Shown piece by piece: positions 27,047-40,781 of a stretch of 64,000 nucleotides of DNA. How positions within the stretch are numbered: position 1 is the first letter of the stretch; each line of letters starts with the position of its first letter. The DNA comes from an uncultured Thermoleophilia bacterium. Its GTDB lineage: Bacteria; Actinomycetota; Thermoleophilia; Solirubrobacterales; 70-9. Both the position numbers and the translations under genes were made by a program. The stretch covers positions 501,355 to 565,354 of the forward strand of contig CAWDMA010000001.1 in assembly GCA_963803425.1 (NCBI GenBank). The letters run 5' to 3'. The notes beneath the pieces are model-generated. The model ran no database searches and was not told the origin of the DNA. It saw only the letters and a list, made by a program, of their open reading frames with translations.

Positions 27047-28300
27047 CTACCGCTTCAGCTTCACCTTCAGCGTGGAGGCCGGCGAGGAGTTGCCCGCGGC
27101 GTCGGACGCGGTCGCGGTCACGGTGACCCTCGACTTCTTTCCCTTCTTGAATGCCCGCTTCACTCGCTTCGAGGCGTTCTTCGGCAGGTCCAGGGTGAGC
27201 GCTTCGGTGTGGCCGGCCGCGACGTCGGCACTCGCCGGCGTCAGGTCGTATCGCTTCTTGCCGGCGGCGGCCGCCGAGGAGCCGGGCACCTTCGGGACCT
27301 TGACCGTGGCGCCCACCTCGACGTGGCACGCCGTGTTGCAGCTCACCTCGACCTCGACCCTTCTCCGTGAGGTCTGCCTCGGCTCCCCGCTCAGCTCCAG
27401 CTCGGGAATGGTCGTTTCCGGGCTGGCGGGCGGCTGCAGGGAGTCGACCGCGACCCCGCTCGGGAATGGGCCCAGGAGGCCTGTGCCGCCGCGGCTGTCC
27501 CCGTGGATGAAGCTGGAGCTCACCATCGCGCCGCTCAGGTTGGCGCGTCCGATCGTGTTGGCCGGCCAGCTCGTCCAGTAGACCTGCGAATCGTTCACGT
27601 CGACGTCGTAGGCGAAGTCCGGCCCCGAGATGAACGCGGTGTTCACGCTCGCGGGGTTGCCGTCGATGCTCGCTCGGCCGACGGTCCCGTCGGAGGCGCC
27701 GGTCCAGAACACGTGCGAGGAGTTGATCGCCACTCCGGGGCCGACGGGCGCCTTCACGTCCAGCCAGTCCTCGTTCGCGGCGCCGCAGTTGATCGCGGCG
27801 CGGCCGATGGTCCGGTGGGGCTCGTTCGCCCAGTAGACGTGAGTGGCGCTCGCGGCAACGTCGTACGGACCGACGATCCCGGTGATGCAGTTCTGGGCGA
27901 CGCCGTCGCTCTTCCGGATCGCCTTGACGCCGGAGCTCATCCCGTAGAACACGTGGGTGCCGCTCGGAGCAAGGCCGACGGGATCTTCCCCCGGGACAGG
28001 GGCGAAGTTGCGCTCCACACCGGTGCCGTCGAGCCTGGCGCGCCGAATCACGTCCTCGGAGTCGGGCAACGTGTCGTACGTCCAGTAGATGTGGGTGCTG
28101 TCGACCGCGATGCTTCCGTCGGCCGGACCCCGCTTGGCGGGAATGAAGTTCTGGTTCACCCCCGTGCCGTCGAGGTTCGCGCGACCGATAGAGTGGCTGG
28201 CGTTGTTGACCCAGTACACGTATGCCCCGGCGGGGGTCGCGTGCAGGGCTGTCACGGCCGCGGTCGACGCGAGTCCGGCGACGAGCGCAGTCATCCGCAC
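27047..28300 (-). CDS. secreted six-bladed YWTD-like beta-propeller protein
   Basis: Signal peptide. Six repeats of (Y/H)(V/I)YW(T/V/A)N...IGRA(N/S)(L/I)DG... (YVYWVNN..IGRANLDGTG, HIYWTYD..IRRARLDGTG, HVYWANE..IGRAAINCG, HVFWTGA..VGRASIDGN, QVYWTSW..IGRANLSGA). C-terminal basic module ...KRVKRAFKKGKKSRVTVTATASD...LKVKLKR. Confidence 0.7.
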   Translation of the reverse strand: MRMTALVAGLASTAAVTALHATPAGAYVYWVNNASHSIGRANLDGTGVNQNFIPAKRGPADGSIAVDSTHIYWTYDTLPDSEDVIRRARLDGTGVERNFAPVPGEDPVGLAPSGTHVFYGMSSGVKAIRKSDGVAQNCITGIVGPYDVAASATHVYWANEPHRTIGRAAINCGAANEDWLDVKAPVGPGVAINSSHVFWTGASDGTVGRASIDGNPASVNTAFISGPDFAYDVDVNDSQVYWTSWPANTIGRANLSGAMVSSSFIHGDSRGGTGLLGPFPSGVAVDSLQPPASPETTIPELELSGEPRQTSRRRVEVEVSCNTACHVEVGATVKVPKVPGSSAAAAGKKRYDLTPASADVAAGHTEALTLDLPKNASKRVKRAFKKGKKSRVTVTATASDAAGNSSPASTLKVKLKR

Positions 28301-28390
28301 CCACCACCGATTCGCCTTGGCGTCTCCACGTACGATGGCGCGACGGTAGGCGCCGGCGCGCGGGCAGTCAGTACCGACTTGGTGCCGATC

Positions 28391-32139
<3,749 letters not shown>

Positions 32140-32149
32140 CGCGGTCCGT

Positions 32150-32503
32150 TCAGACCGCGGAGTACCCGCGACCGGACTTCCGGACCCGCCCCTCCTTCTG
32201 CAGATCTGCCATCACCCGGTACACGTAGTTGGGCTTGATCTTGAGCTGCTTCGCGACCTCTGAAGCGGTGATCCCGGGGTTCTCGGAGATGATCTTGACG
32301 GCCTGATCCGCCCGCGTTCCACCGCGGCGCCCGCGCCGGCGGGTCTTCGATCCCCGGGGGCGGCCCGGGCGGCGGCGGCCGGCCTTCCCGTCGGTGAGGT
32401 CGGCGAGCGTGCGCTCCAACCGCGCCTTCTCGTCCTCGAGCTCCCGGAGCCGCTCCTGTATCAGCGAGCGGGCCTGGTCGAGAACGGGTGATGACGGTGA
32501 CAT
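32150..32503 (-). CDS. small DNA-binding protein: coiled-coil, AT-hook-like basic tract, C-terminal winged HTH
   Basis: 117 aa. RRRPGRPRGSKTRRRGRRGG (GRP core), then ITASEVAKQLKIKPNYVYRVMADLQKEGRVRK. Confidence 0.6.
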   Translation of the reverse strand: MSPSSPVLDQARSLIQERLRELEDEKARLERTLADLTDGKAGRRRPGRPRGSKTRRRGRRGGTRADQAVKIISENPGITASEVAKQLKIKPNYVYRVMADLQKEGRVRKSGRGYSAV

Positions 32504-32533
32504 TCGAGTAGTTCCTTCCGTTGAATCGTGAAA

Positions 32534-32580
32534 TGTGAGTGTGAGCTATGCACGCTCACGCTCGACACAGTGTGAGCACA
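32534..32580. promoter_or_regulatory. TGTGAGC repeat cluster upstream of the HTH gene (candidate operator/promoter)
   Basis: TGTGAG at 32534, TGTGAGC at 32540, inverted GCTCAC at 32554, TGTGAGC at 32571, in a locally AT-richer region 30-77 nt upstream of start 32503. Confidence 0.4.
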
Positions 32581-32688
32581 CGAGTTTAGGGCGCGCCGGA
32601 GTGGGTAACGCCGGATGGATCGTGCGTGCAATAGGTATTTCTGCTGGTGTGCGCGCCCGCGCCACCGAGCACGCCGCGGGAATGATTC

Positions 32689-33321
32689 CTAGGCTCGGCG
32701 GCGCTTCGGGAGCGTCCGGAACACCACGTCCCACAGCGGGGAGGAGACGCCGAAGCCGTACCGGTGATCCTGGAAGTGGTGGCGCATGTGCTGCTCCCGG
32801 AGCCGCTTGCCGAGCTTCGTCCTCGGCGTGGCGTGGTGCAGGTAGTAGTGGGTGTAGTCGTAGGTGAGGTAGCCCACGATCAACCCCGCGAACAGCGGGT
32901 ACGCCGCGGGCGTCCCGAAGATCAGCGCGAACAGCCCCAAGAACACGAGCGCCAGCGGGATGCTGAGCGCCGGCGGCATCACCAGCCGCATCCGGTCGTT
33001 GGGATGGTCGTGATGTACGCCGTGGATGATGAAGTGGAGCCGGTCGCCGTACTTGAAGCTCGGCTCCCAGTGGAACAGCAGCCGGTGCAGCCAGTACTCG
33101 GTCAGCGTCCACAGCGCCAGACCGCCCGCGACCAGCCCGACGAGCTCGAGCGCGCCCAGACCGCGGTCCGCGCCCACCCACACCATCGCGCCGATCACCG
33201 GCACGAAGATCACCGCCGGAACGGCCGGATGGATCCGGGAGAAGAAGTCCAGGAAGCCGCTCTCGAACAGCCGCGGCGAGGCGCTCAGCTGCTTCGTCCG
33301 TGGATCTGACATCGGCGGCAT
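32689..33321 (-). CDS. fatty acid hydroxylase / sterol desaturase family membrane protein
   Basis: Histidine boxes HRLLFH, HGVHHDHP, HYYLHH and HMRHHF, with hydrophobic helices. Confidence 0.8.
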   Translation of the reverse strand: MPPMSDPRTKQLSASPRLFESGFLDFFSRIHPAVPAVIFVPVIGAMVWVGADRGLGALELVGLVAGGLALWTLTEYWLHRLLFHWEPSFKYGDRLHFIIHGVHHDHPNDRMRLVMPPALSIPLALVFLGLFALIFGTPAAYPLFAGLIVGYLTYDYTHYYLHHATPRTKLGKRLREQHMRHHFQDHRYGFGVSSPLWDVVFRTLPKRRRA

Positions 33322-33458
33322 TCTAGCCCGTCAACGAAAGCTCCGAAACAGCAGCGATTCGCGCCCTCGAGGCCGATCTCGGCCTCGATGAAAAAAAAGC
33401 AGTGCTTTGCGAGAAACCGCGCTCCGCCGCAGCGCCCCGGTGGCAAGATGCTCCGCCT

Positions 33459-33674
33459 ATGAGCGCGGCGCGCAAGAAACAGCGGCCTCCGAGCTGCGAG
33501 GAGTGCTTCTTTCGGTGCCACGGCCTGTGCGCCCTCGACCTCGACCAGCCCTGCTCGACCTTCCGGCCCAATCTTCCCGAGGGGCTCGTCCCGCCCCGGC
33601 AGCCGGCGCTGCTGGTCCGCGATCCGGAGGCCGCCGCGGCGAACCTCGACGACGGCCTAACCGCCAGCGCCTGA
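33459..33674 (+). CDS. small Cys-rich hypothetical protein (C-x2-C-x3-C-x3-C)
   Basis: ORF 33402.. trimmed to ATG 33459. MSAARKKQRPPSCEECFFRCHGLCALDLDQPCSTFRP... Coding status is only moderately supported. Confidence 0.4.
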   Translation: MSAARKKQRPPSCEECFFRCHGLCALDLDQPCSTFRPNLPEGLVPPRQPALLVRDPEAAAANLDDGLTASA

Positions 33675-33777
33675 ACAACTCCCGCGGCGTGCTCCGCGCG
33701 CCGCCGTGTTGCGGGTCCCGTTGCAGCGTCGCAGTGGCCGGCGTGAGCAGCGTCCCGCGAGGGTTACGCTTGCCGCG

Positions 33778-34572
33778 ATGCGGGTCACGGTGCTCGGCAA
33801 GTCGCCCTCCTGGGAGGACGCTGGAGGCGCGTGCAGCGGCTATCTGATCGACGCGGGAGGGACGGCCGTCCTGCTCGACTGCGGCAACGGCGTGTTCTCG
33901 AAGCTGCGTCTGCACCGCGACTACACCGACGTCGGCGCGGTGATCGTGTCGCACATGCACGCTGACCACTTCCTCGACCTGGTCCCGTACGCGTACGCGC
34001 TCACCTACGCGCCCCGCCAGCAGCCGGTCCCGGTGGCCCAATGGCCCGGCACCGACGATCCGGCGCGCCCCCGGCTGTTGCTCCCGCCCGGCGGGCGGAG
34101 AGCGGTGCGCCGCGTGTGCAGCGCCTGGGGCGACGAGGCCCTGGTTGAGAACGCGTTCCGGCTGGAGGAGTACGACCCGGACTCGACGGTCACGGCCGGG
34201 AGCATCACCGCCCGCTTCCAGGAGGTTCCCCACTTCATCACCGCCTACGCGATCGACTTCACGTCCACAGACGGGCCGGGCCGGATCACGTACGGCGCCG
34301 ACTGTCGCCCGAACGAGAACCTGGTCGCGATCGCCCGCGGCACCGACGTCCTGATCGTCGAGGCGACGCTGCCGCGCCCGGAGCGGGCCGGGCCGCGCGG
34401 CCACATGACGCCGGCCGAGGCCGGCGAGCACGCCCGCCGGGCCGGTGTCGGGCGGGTCGTCCTCACGCACATCTCGGACGAGCTCGATCGCGAGTGGGCG
34501 CTGGAGCAGGGCAGGGACACGTTCGACGGCGAGGTGACGGTCGCCCGCGAGGGCGACACCTACGAGGTGTGA
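33778..34572 (+). CDS. MBL-fold metallo-hydrolase
   Basis: ATG 33778 (MRVTVLGKSPSW...). HxHxDH motif SHMHADHF; later HFITAYA and TH motifs. Confidence 0.8.
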   Translation: MRVTVLGKSPSWEDAGGACSGYLIDAGGTAVLLDCGNGVFSKLRLHRDYTDVGAVIVSHMHADHFLDLVPYAYALTYAPRQQPVPVAQWPGTDDPARPRLLLPPGGRRAVRRVCSAWGDEALVENAFRLEEYDPDSTVTAGSITARFQEVPHFITAYAIDFTSTDGPGRITYGADCRPNENLVAIARGTDVLIVEATLPRPERAGPRGHMTPAEAGEHARRAGVGRVVLTHISDELDREWALEQGRDTFDGEVTVAREGDTYEV

Positions 34573-34575
34573 GCG

Positions 34576-35058
34576 ATGCACGCCGCGCGGCTACCCTGTG
34601 ACCGGATGACCTCCGGGGGCGATCCGTTCAGCGACTTCGAGCGCATGCGGCGCGAGATGGACGAGTTCGTCGGAGCCGTCTGGGACCGGCCGCTGGCCGG
34701 CCCGCGGCGGGTCCGCGGCTTCTCACCGAAGGTCGACGTGTACTACTGCGGCGAGAGCTCACCGCGCGCGATCGTGAAGGCCGATCTCGGCGGCATCCCG
34801 ATCGCCGACGTCCACCTGGAGATCAGCGGTCGCCGGCTCGTGATCAGCGGCGAGCGCCCCGTGCAGGAGACCGAGGGGCGGATCTATCAGCAGCTCGAGA
34901 TCGAGACCGGCCCGTTTCGCCGGGTGATCGCGCTCAGCGCCGACGTCCGGGCGGACGCCGCCCGAGCCACCTACGAGGACGGCATCCTCCGGGTGGAGCT
35001 GCCGCTGGTCGAGCAGCGGGAGCCCCACCAGGTGCCGGTCAAGCGCGCGGAGGAGTAG
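34576..35058 (+). CDS. Hsp20/alpha-crystallin family small heat-shock protein
   Basis: FSPKVDVYYCGE...LEISGRRLVISGER...FRRVIALSADVRADAARATYEDGILRVELP. The start may be ATG 34606. Confidence 0.85.
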   Translation: MHAARLPCDRMTSGGDPFSDFERMRREMDEFVGAVWDRPLAGPRRVRGFSPKVDVYYCGESSPRAIVKADLGGIPIADVHLEISGRRLVISGERPVQETEGRIYQQLEIETGPFRRVIALSADVRADAARATYEDGILRVELPLVEQREPHQVPVKRAEE

Positions 35059-35061
35059 CCG

Positions 35062-37470
<2,409 letters not shown>

Positions 37471-37534
37471 GTGCACACCCGGGATTCGGGTATAAGCTCT
37501 GCCGGGACCCGAGATCCGAGCTAGGAGAGTTTCG

Positions 37535-37990
37535 ATGGCGTCAAGCAGCCGCGCGCAGGAATCCGCGAAGAGGGTGGGCGAGGCCACGTCCGCGCTGCGG
37601 TCGAACCCCTACGTGCAGCGTCTGATCGAGGACGAGGACCTCCGCGACAACATCCGCGAGGCGTTCGAGGCGGCGCGCGACGCGTACGCGCGAATCGCCA
37701 ACGGCAAGGGCCCTGCGAAGGCGCTGATGGACGACAAGAAGGTGCAGCGCGACCTGCGCCGGGCGGCGGAGTCGATGCGCGAGGCATCCGAGCAGCTCCG
37801 TGGCAAGCGCAAGCGCAAGAGCCGGGTCGGCCGGCTGATTCTGATCGCGCTGCTCGGAGCCGGCCTGGCGCTGCTGCTCAGCGAGGACCTGCGCAAGGCG
37901 GTGCTCGACCGTCTGTTCGGAGCCGAGGAGGAGTTCGAGTACACCTCGACCACCTCGCCGGCGCCGGAGACCGCCTCCACGCAGAGCTAG
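37535..37990 (+). CDS. hypothetical membrane-anchored protein (helical N-domain, one TM)
   Basis: 151 aa. Charged helical region, KRKRKSRVGRLILIALLGAGLALLL TM segment, short tail. Confidence 0.5.
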   Translation: MASSSRAQESAKRVGEATSALRSNPYVQRLIEDEDLRDNIREAFEAARDAYARIANGKGPAKALMDDKKVQRDLRRAAESMREASEQLRGKRKRKSRVGRLILIALLGAGLALLLSEDLRKAVLDRLFGAEEEFEYTSTTSPAPETASTQS

Positions 37991-38012
37991 ACCAGCACGC
38001 CCTGCCCGCAAC

Positions 38013-38050
38013 CCGCTCGCGCGCGGACGCGAAGCGGAGCACGCGAGCGG
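38013..38050 (+). repeat. hairpin element copy C
   Basis: CCGCTCGCG-CGCGGACGCGAAGCGGAGCA-CGCGAGCGG with perfect 9-bp arms. It ends 1 nt before ATG 38052. Confidence 0.85.
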
Positions 38051-38102
38051 AATGATGCCGGGTCGCTGCCAGGTCGTGCGGCAGCCGTACACTGCGCGGC
38101 AC

Positions 38103-38708
38103 ATGGAAGCGGCCACCAAGCAGCGCGAGCTCTCCAGCGACAAGGCGCAGCGGATCATCGAGGCGATGCGCGCCAGCGTCGCCGCGCGCGGGATCGCCGG
38201 ATCGACGTTCGAGCACGTCTCGCGCGAGGCGGGCGTCAGCCGGGGCCTCTTGCACTACTACTTCGGGACCAAGGAGCGGCTCCTGGTGGAGGTGGTGCGC
38301 CGCGACTCCGAGGTGCGGGTGGCGCGCCTTGACGAGTCGCTGGCGCGCGCGCAGACGGTCGACGACGTCGTCGACGTGCTGGTCTCGAACCTGCTCGACC
38401 TGATCGAGAACGAGCCGGGCTTCTTCGACCTGATCTTCGAGGTGTACACCGCCGGCCGCCGCACGCCCGAGATCCAGCGCGAGACCGCAGAGCTGTTCAA
38501 GCGTAGCCGCGATCACGTCGCCGAGGTGCTCGACGCCAAGAACGAGGAGGGGGTGCTGTCGCTGCGGTTCGGAGCCCAGGCGACGGTCGCCTACCTGTTC
38601 GCGATCGCGGACGGGACCGCACTGCAGGCGCTCACCGATCGCGGCCGCGAGTTCGACGAGGTGATCGAGACCGGCACCGCCGCGGCGCGCTTCCTGCTTA
38701 CCTCGTAA
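38103..38708 (+). CDS. TetR/AcrR family transcriptional regulator
   Basis: KAQRIIEAMRASVAARGIAGSTFEHVSREAGVSRGLLHYYFGTKERLL is a TetR HTH. The ORF opens at ATG 38052; ATG 38103 gives a normal N-terminal length. Confidence 0.85.
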   Translation: MEAATKQRELSSDKAQRIIEAMRASVAARGIAGSTFEHVSREAGVSRGLLHYYFGTKERLLVEVVRRDSEVRVARLDESLARAQTVDDVVDVLVSNLLDLIENEPGFFDLIFEVYTAGRRTPEIQRETAELFKRSRDHVAEVLDAKNEEGVLSLRFGAQATVAYLFAIADGTALQALTDRGREFDEVIETGTAAARFLLTS

Positions 38709-38745
38709 CGCCCCATTCGCCGAGCAGCCCGTCCCGCCGGCCACC

Positions 38746-38781
38746 CCGCCAAAAGCGGACGCGAAGCGGAGCATTTGGCGG
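38746..38781 (+). repeat. hairpin element copy D
   Basis: CCGCCAAA-AGCGGACGCGAAGCGGAGCA-TTTGGCGG with perfect 8-bp arms (9 if C38745/G38782 are counted). Confidence 0.85.
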
Positions 38782-38825
38782 GCCTTGATGCGGGCCGCGC
38801 CGACCGGGTAAGATGACTTTGTAAC

Positions 38826-38841
38826 GACTGATCACTCAGTC
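38826..38841. promoter_or_regulatory. inverted repeat GACTGA-TCAC-TCAGTC upstream of the atpE-like gene (candidate TetR operator)
   Basis: Lies in the AT-richer stretch GGTAAGATGACTTTGTAACGACTGATCACTCAGTCAGTCACG, 24 nt upstream of ATG 38865. The SD sequence GAAGGGAG follows. Confidence 0.35.
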
Positions 38842-38864
38842 AGTCACGACGAAGGGAGTGCTGC

Positions 38865-39137
38865 ATGGAAGCGCTTCTTCCCATCGCACAGGCATCCGCC
38901 GACACAGCAGGGCTCGACGCCGCGAAGGCGCTCGCGCTCGGACTCGGCACCGGGTTCGGGGCGATCGGCCCCGGGATCGGCGTCGGCTACATCTTCGGCA
39001 AGACGATCGAGTCGGTCACCCGCCAGCCGGAGATGCGCGGCGAGATCCAGAGCATCATGTGGCTCGGGTTCGCGCTCACCGAGGCGATCGTCTTCTACGC
39101 CCTGATGATGTCGCTGGTGGCGTTCTTCATCGCCTAG
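38865..39137 (+). CDS. atpE: F-type ATP synthase subunit c-like protein, not in an atp operon
   Basis: 90 aa. Helix 1 carries GAIGPGIGVGYIFG (GxGxGxG packing motif). Polar loop RQPE. Helix 2 WLGFALTEAIVFYALMMSL carries the conserved carboxylate. Confidence 0.85.
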   Translation: MEALLPIAQASADTAGLDAAKALALGLGTGFGAIGPGIGVGYIFGKTIESVTRQPEMRGEIQSIMWLGFALTEAIVFYALMMSLVAFFIA

Positions 39138-39139
39138 GT

Positions 39140-39174
39140 CCGCAAGATGCTCCGCTTTGCGTCCGGTTCGGCGG
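39140..39174 (-). repeat. hairpin element copy E (degenerate, inverted relative to C and D)
   Basis: Plus strand reads CCGCAAGA-TGCTCCGCTTTGCGTCCGG-TTCGGCGG. One core substitution and weak arms. It starts 3 nt after the atpE-like stop. Confidence 0.65.
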
Positions 39175-39392
39175 GGTCCCGGAAGGGACGACCGCGCCGC
39201 ACGTTAAGAACGGATTAACCGAAGTTCCGCACCGCGGCCGCCTTACGGTGGGCGCGGGATATAGGCTGCCAGGGTCAGCTGGAGGAGTTCCGGGATCCGT
39301 GGAACTGGAGGAGATCTGGGGTCCGCAAGAGAGGGCGTGGCCGCCTGGGGCGAGGGCCGGGTAGGACACAACGTGAGCACGAGGATGGGGCA

Positions 39393-40781
39393 GTGAGCGC
39401 GGGCGACGGCTCGACCGGGCGGACGACCCCCGGGCGGATCGCCGCCCTCGGCGCCCTGCTGGGCGCGATCGTGCTCGTCCTGATCCTGTTCCTCGGCGGC
39501 GGCAACGGCGCCTCCTACCGGCTCCTGTTCCAGACCGGGGGGCAGCTCGTGCCCGGCAACCTGGTCCAGGTCGGCGGCCACCCGATCGGCTCGGTCGACA
39601 AGATCGAGCTGACCGACGACTGGCAGGCCGACGTCCACATCTCCACCGACGAGCCCCTCACCGAGGGGACGACCGCGGTGATCCGGACCACCTCGCTGTC
39701 GGGGATCGCGAATCGCTATATCGCGATCACCCCGGGACCCGACGACGCGCCCGAGCTCGACGACGGCGGCGTGATCACGGCGGACAGCACCACCTCGCCG
39801 GTCGACCTCGACCAGCTCTTCGACACCTTCCACCCGCGCCAGCGGCGCGCGCTCCGCAACGTGATCCAGGGATTCGCCGCCACCTACTCCGGCGCCGGGC
39901 AGACCGCGAACGCGACCTACAAGTACTTCAACCCGAGCCTCGACGCCGCCCGCCGCCTGTTCGCGCAGCTCACCCGCGACCAGCAGTCCTTCAGCGACTT
40001 CCTCGCGGACGGCTCCCGGGTGGTGAAGGCGATCGCCGAGCGCCGCGACGACCTCTCGGCGCTGACCCAGAACGGGAACGAGGCGCTCGGCGCGATCGCC
40101 AGCCAGAACTCCTCGCTGGACAGGGTGCTGACCGCGTTCCCGCCGACCCTGCGCCAGGCGAACACGACGTTCGTCAACCTCCGCGCCGCCCTCGACGACC
40201 TCGATCCGCTGGTCGCGACGGCGAAGGTCTCCACCCGCAACCTGGCCCCGTTCCTGCGCGACCTGCGGCCGGTGGTGAGCAGAAGCGTTCCGGTGTTCCG
40301 GAACCTGCGCAAGGTCTTCAACAAGAAGGGGAAGGCAAACGACCTCGCCGACAACCTCAAGGACCTTCCGAAGCTCCGGAAGCGGGGGAGGAAGGACCTG
40401 CCCCGCGCCAGCCAGGGGATCGAGGACTCGCTCCCCGACTTCCAGTTCGCGCGGCCCTACGCGCCGGAGCTGCTCGGCCTGATCAGCAGGCTGGGCCAGG
40501 GCGCCTCGTACTACGACGAGAACGGGCACTACGCGCGGGCGTCGGTGCTCACCAACATCTTCAACTACGCGGGCGGGGCGCTCACCCCGAACGACCCGTC
40601 GCAGCAGTACGACTTCTACGACTCGAACTCGCTCGGGAAGGGCAAGTTCGTGCGCTGCCCGGGCGGCTCCACGCAGGCGATCAGCGGCTCCAACCCCTTC
40701 ACCGACGACGGTGCGCTGCTGTCGGGCGGCAAGTCGCCGAACCCGAAGTGCGAGACCGGGGACGTGCCACCGGGGCCATGA
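39393..40781 (+). CDS. MCE family protein (MlaD domain) 1 of 6
   Basis: N-terminal TM helix, then YRLLFQTGGQLVPGNLVQVGGHPIGSVDKIEL...AVIRTTSLSGIANRYIAITPG and a long helical region. Confidence 0.85.
   Translation: MSAGDGSTGRTTPGRIAALGALLGAIVLVLILFLGGGNGASYRLLFQTGGQLVPGNLVQVGGHPIGSVDKIELTDDWQADVHISTDEPLTEGTTAVIRTTSLSGIANRYIAITPGPDDAPELDDGGVITADSTTSPVDLDQLFDTFHPRQRRALRNVIQGFAATYSGAGQTANATYKYFNPSLDAARRLFAQLTRDQQSFSDFLADGSRVVKAIAERRDDLSALTQNGNEALGAIASQNSSLDRVLTAFPPTLRQANTTFVNLRAALDDLDPLVATAKVSTRNLAPFLRDLRPVVSRSVPVFRNLRKVFNKKGKANDLADNLKDLPKLRKRGRKDLPRASQGIEDSLPDFQFARPYAPELLGLISRLGQGASYYDENGHYARASVLTNIFNYAGGALTPNDPSQQYDFYDSNSLGKGKFVRCPGGSTQAISGSNPFTDDGALLSGGKSPNPKCETGDVPPGP

Noticed and set aside
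33367-33398. Hairpin plus A8/T8 run as a rho-independent terminator
   Set aside because: On the plus strand the hairpin is followed by an A-run rather than a U-run. On the minus strand the U-run precedes the hairpin. Both flanking genes diverge from this spacer, so nothing terminates here.
38788-38811. 7-codon ORF (MRAAPTG) just after hairpin D as a leader peptide
   Set aside because: It is noted only as positional context for the hairpin. There is no attenuator-like alternative structure or conservation that I can verify.
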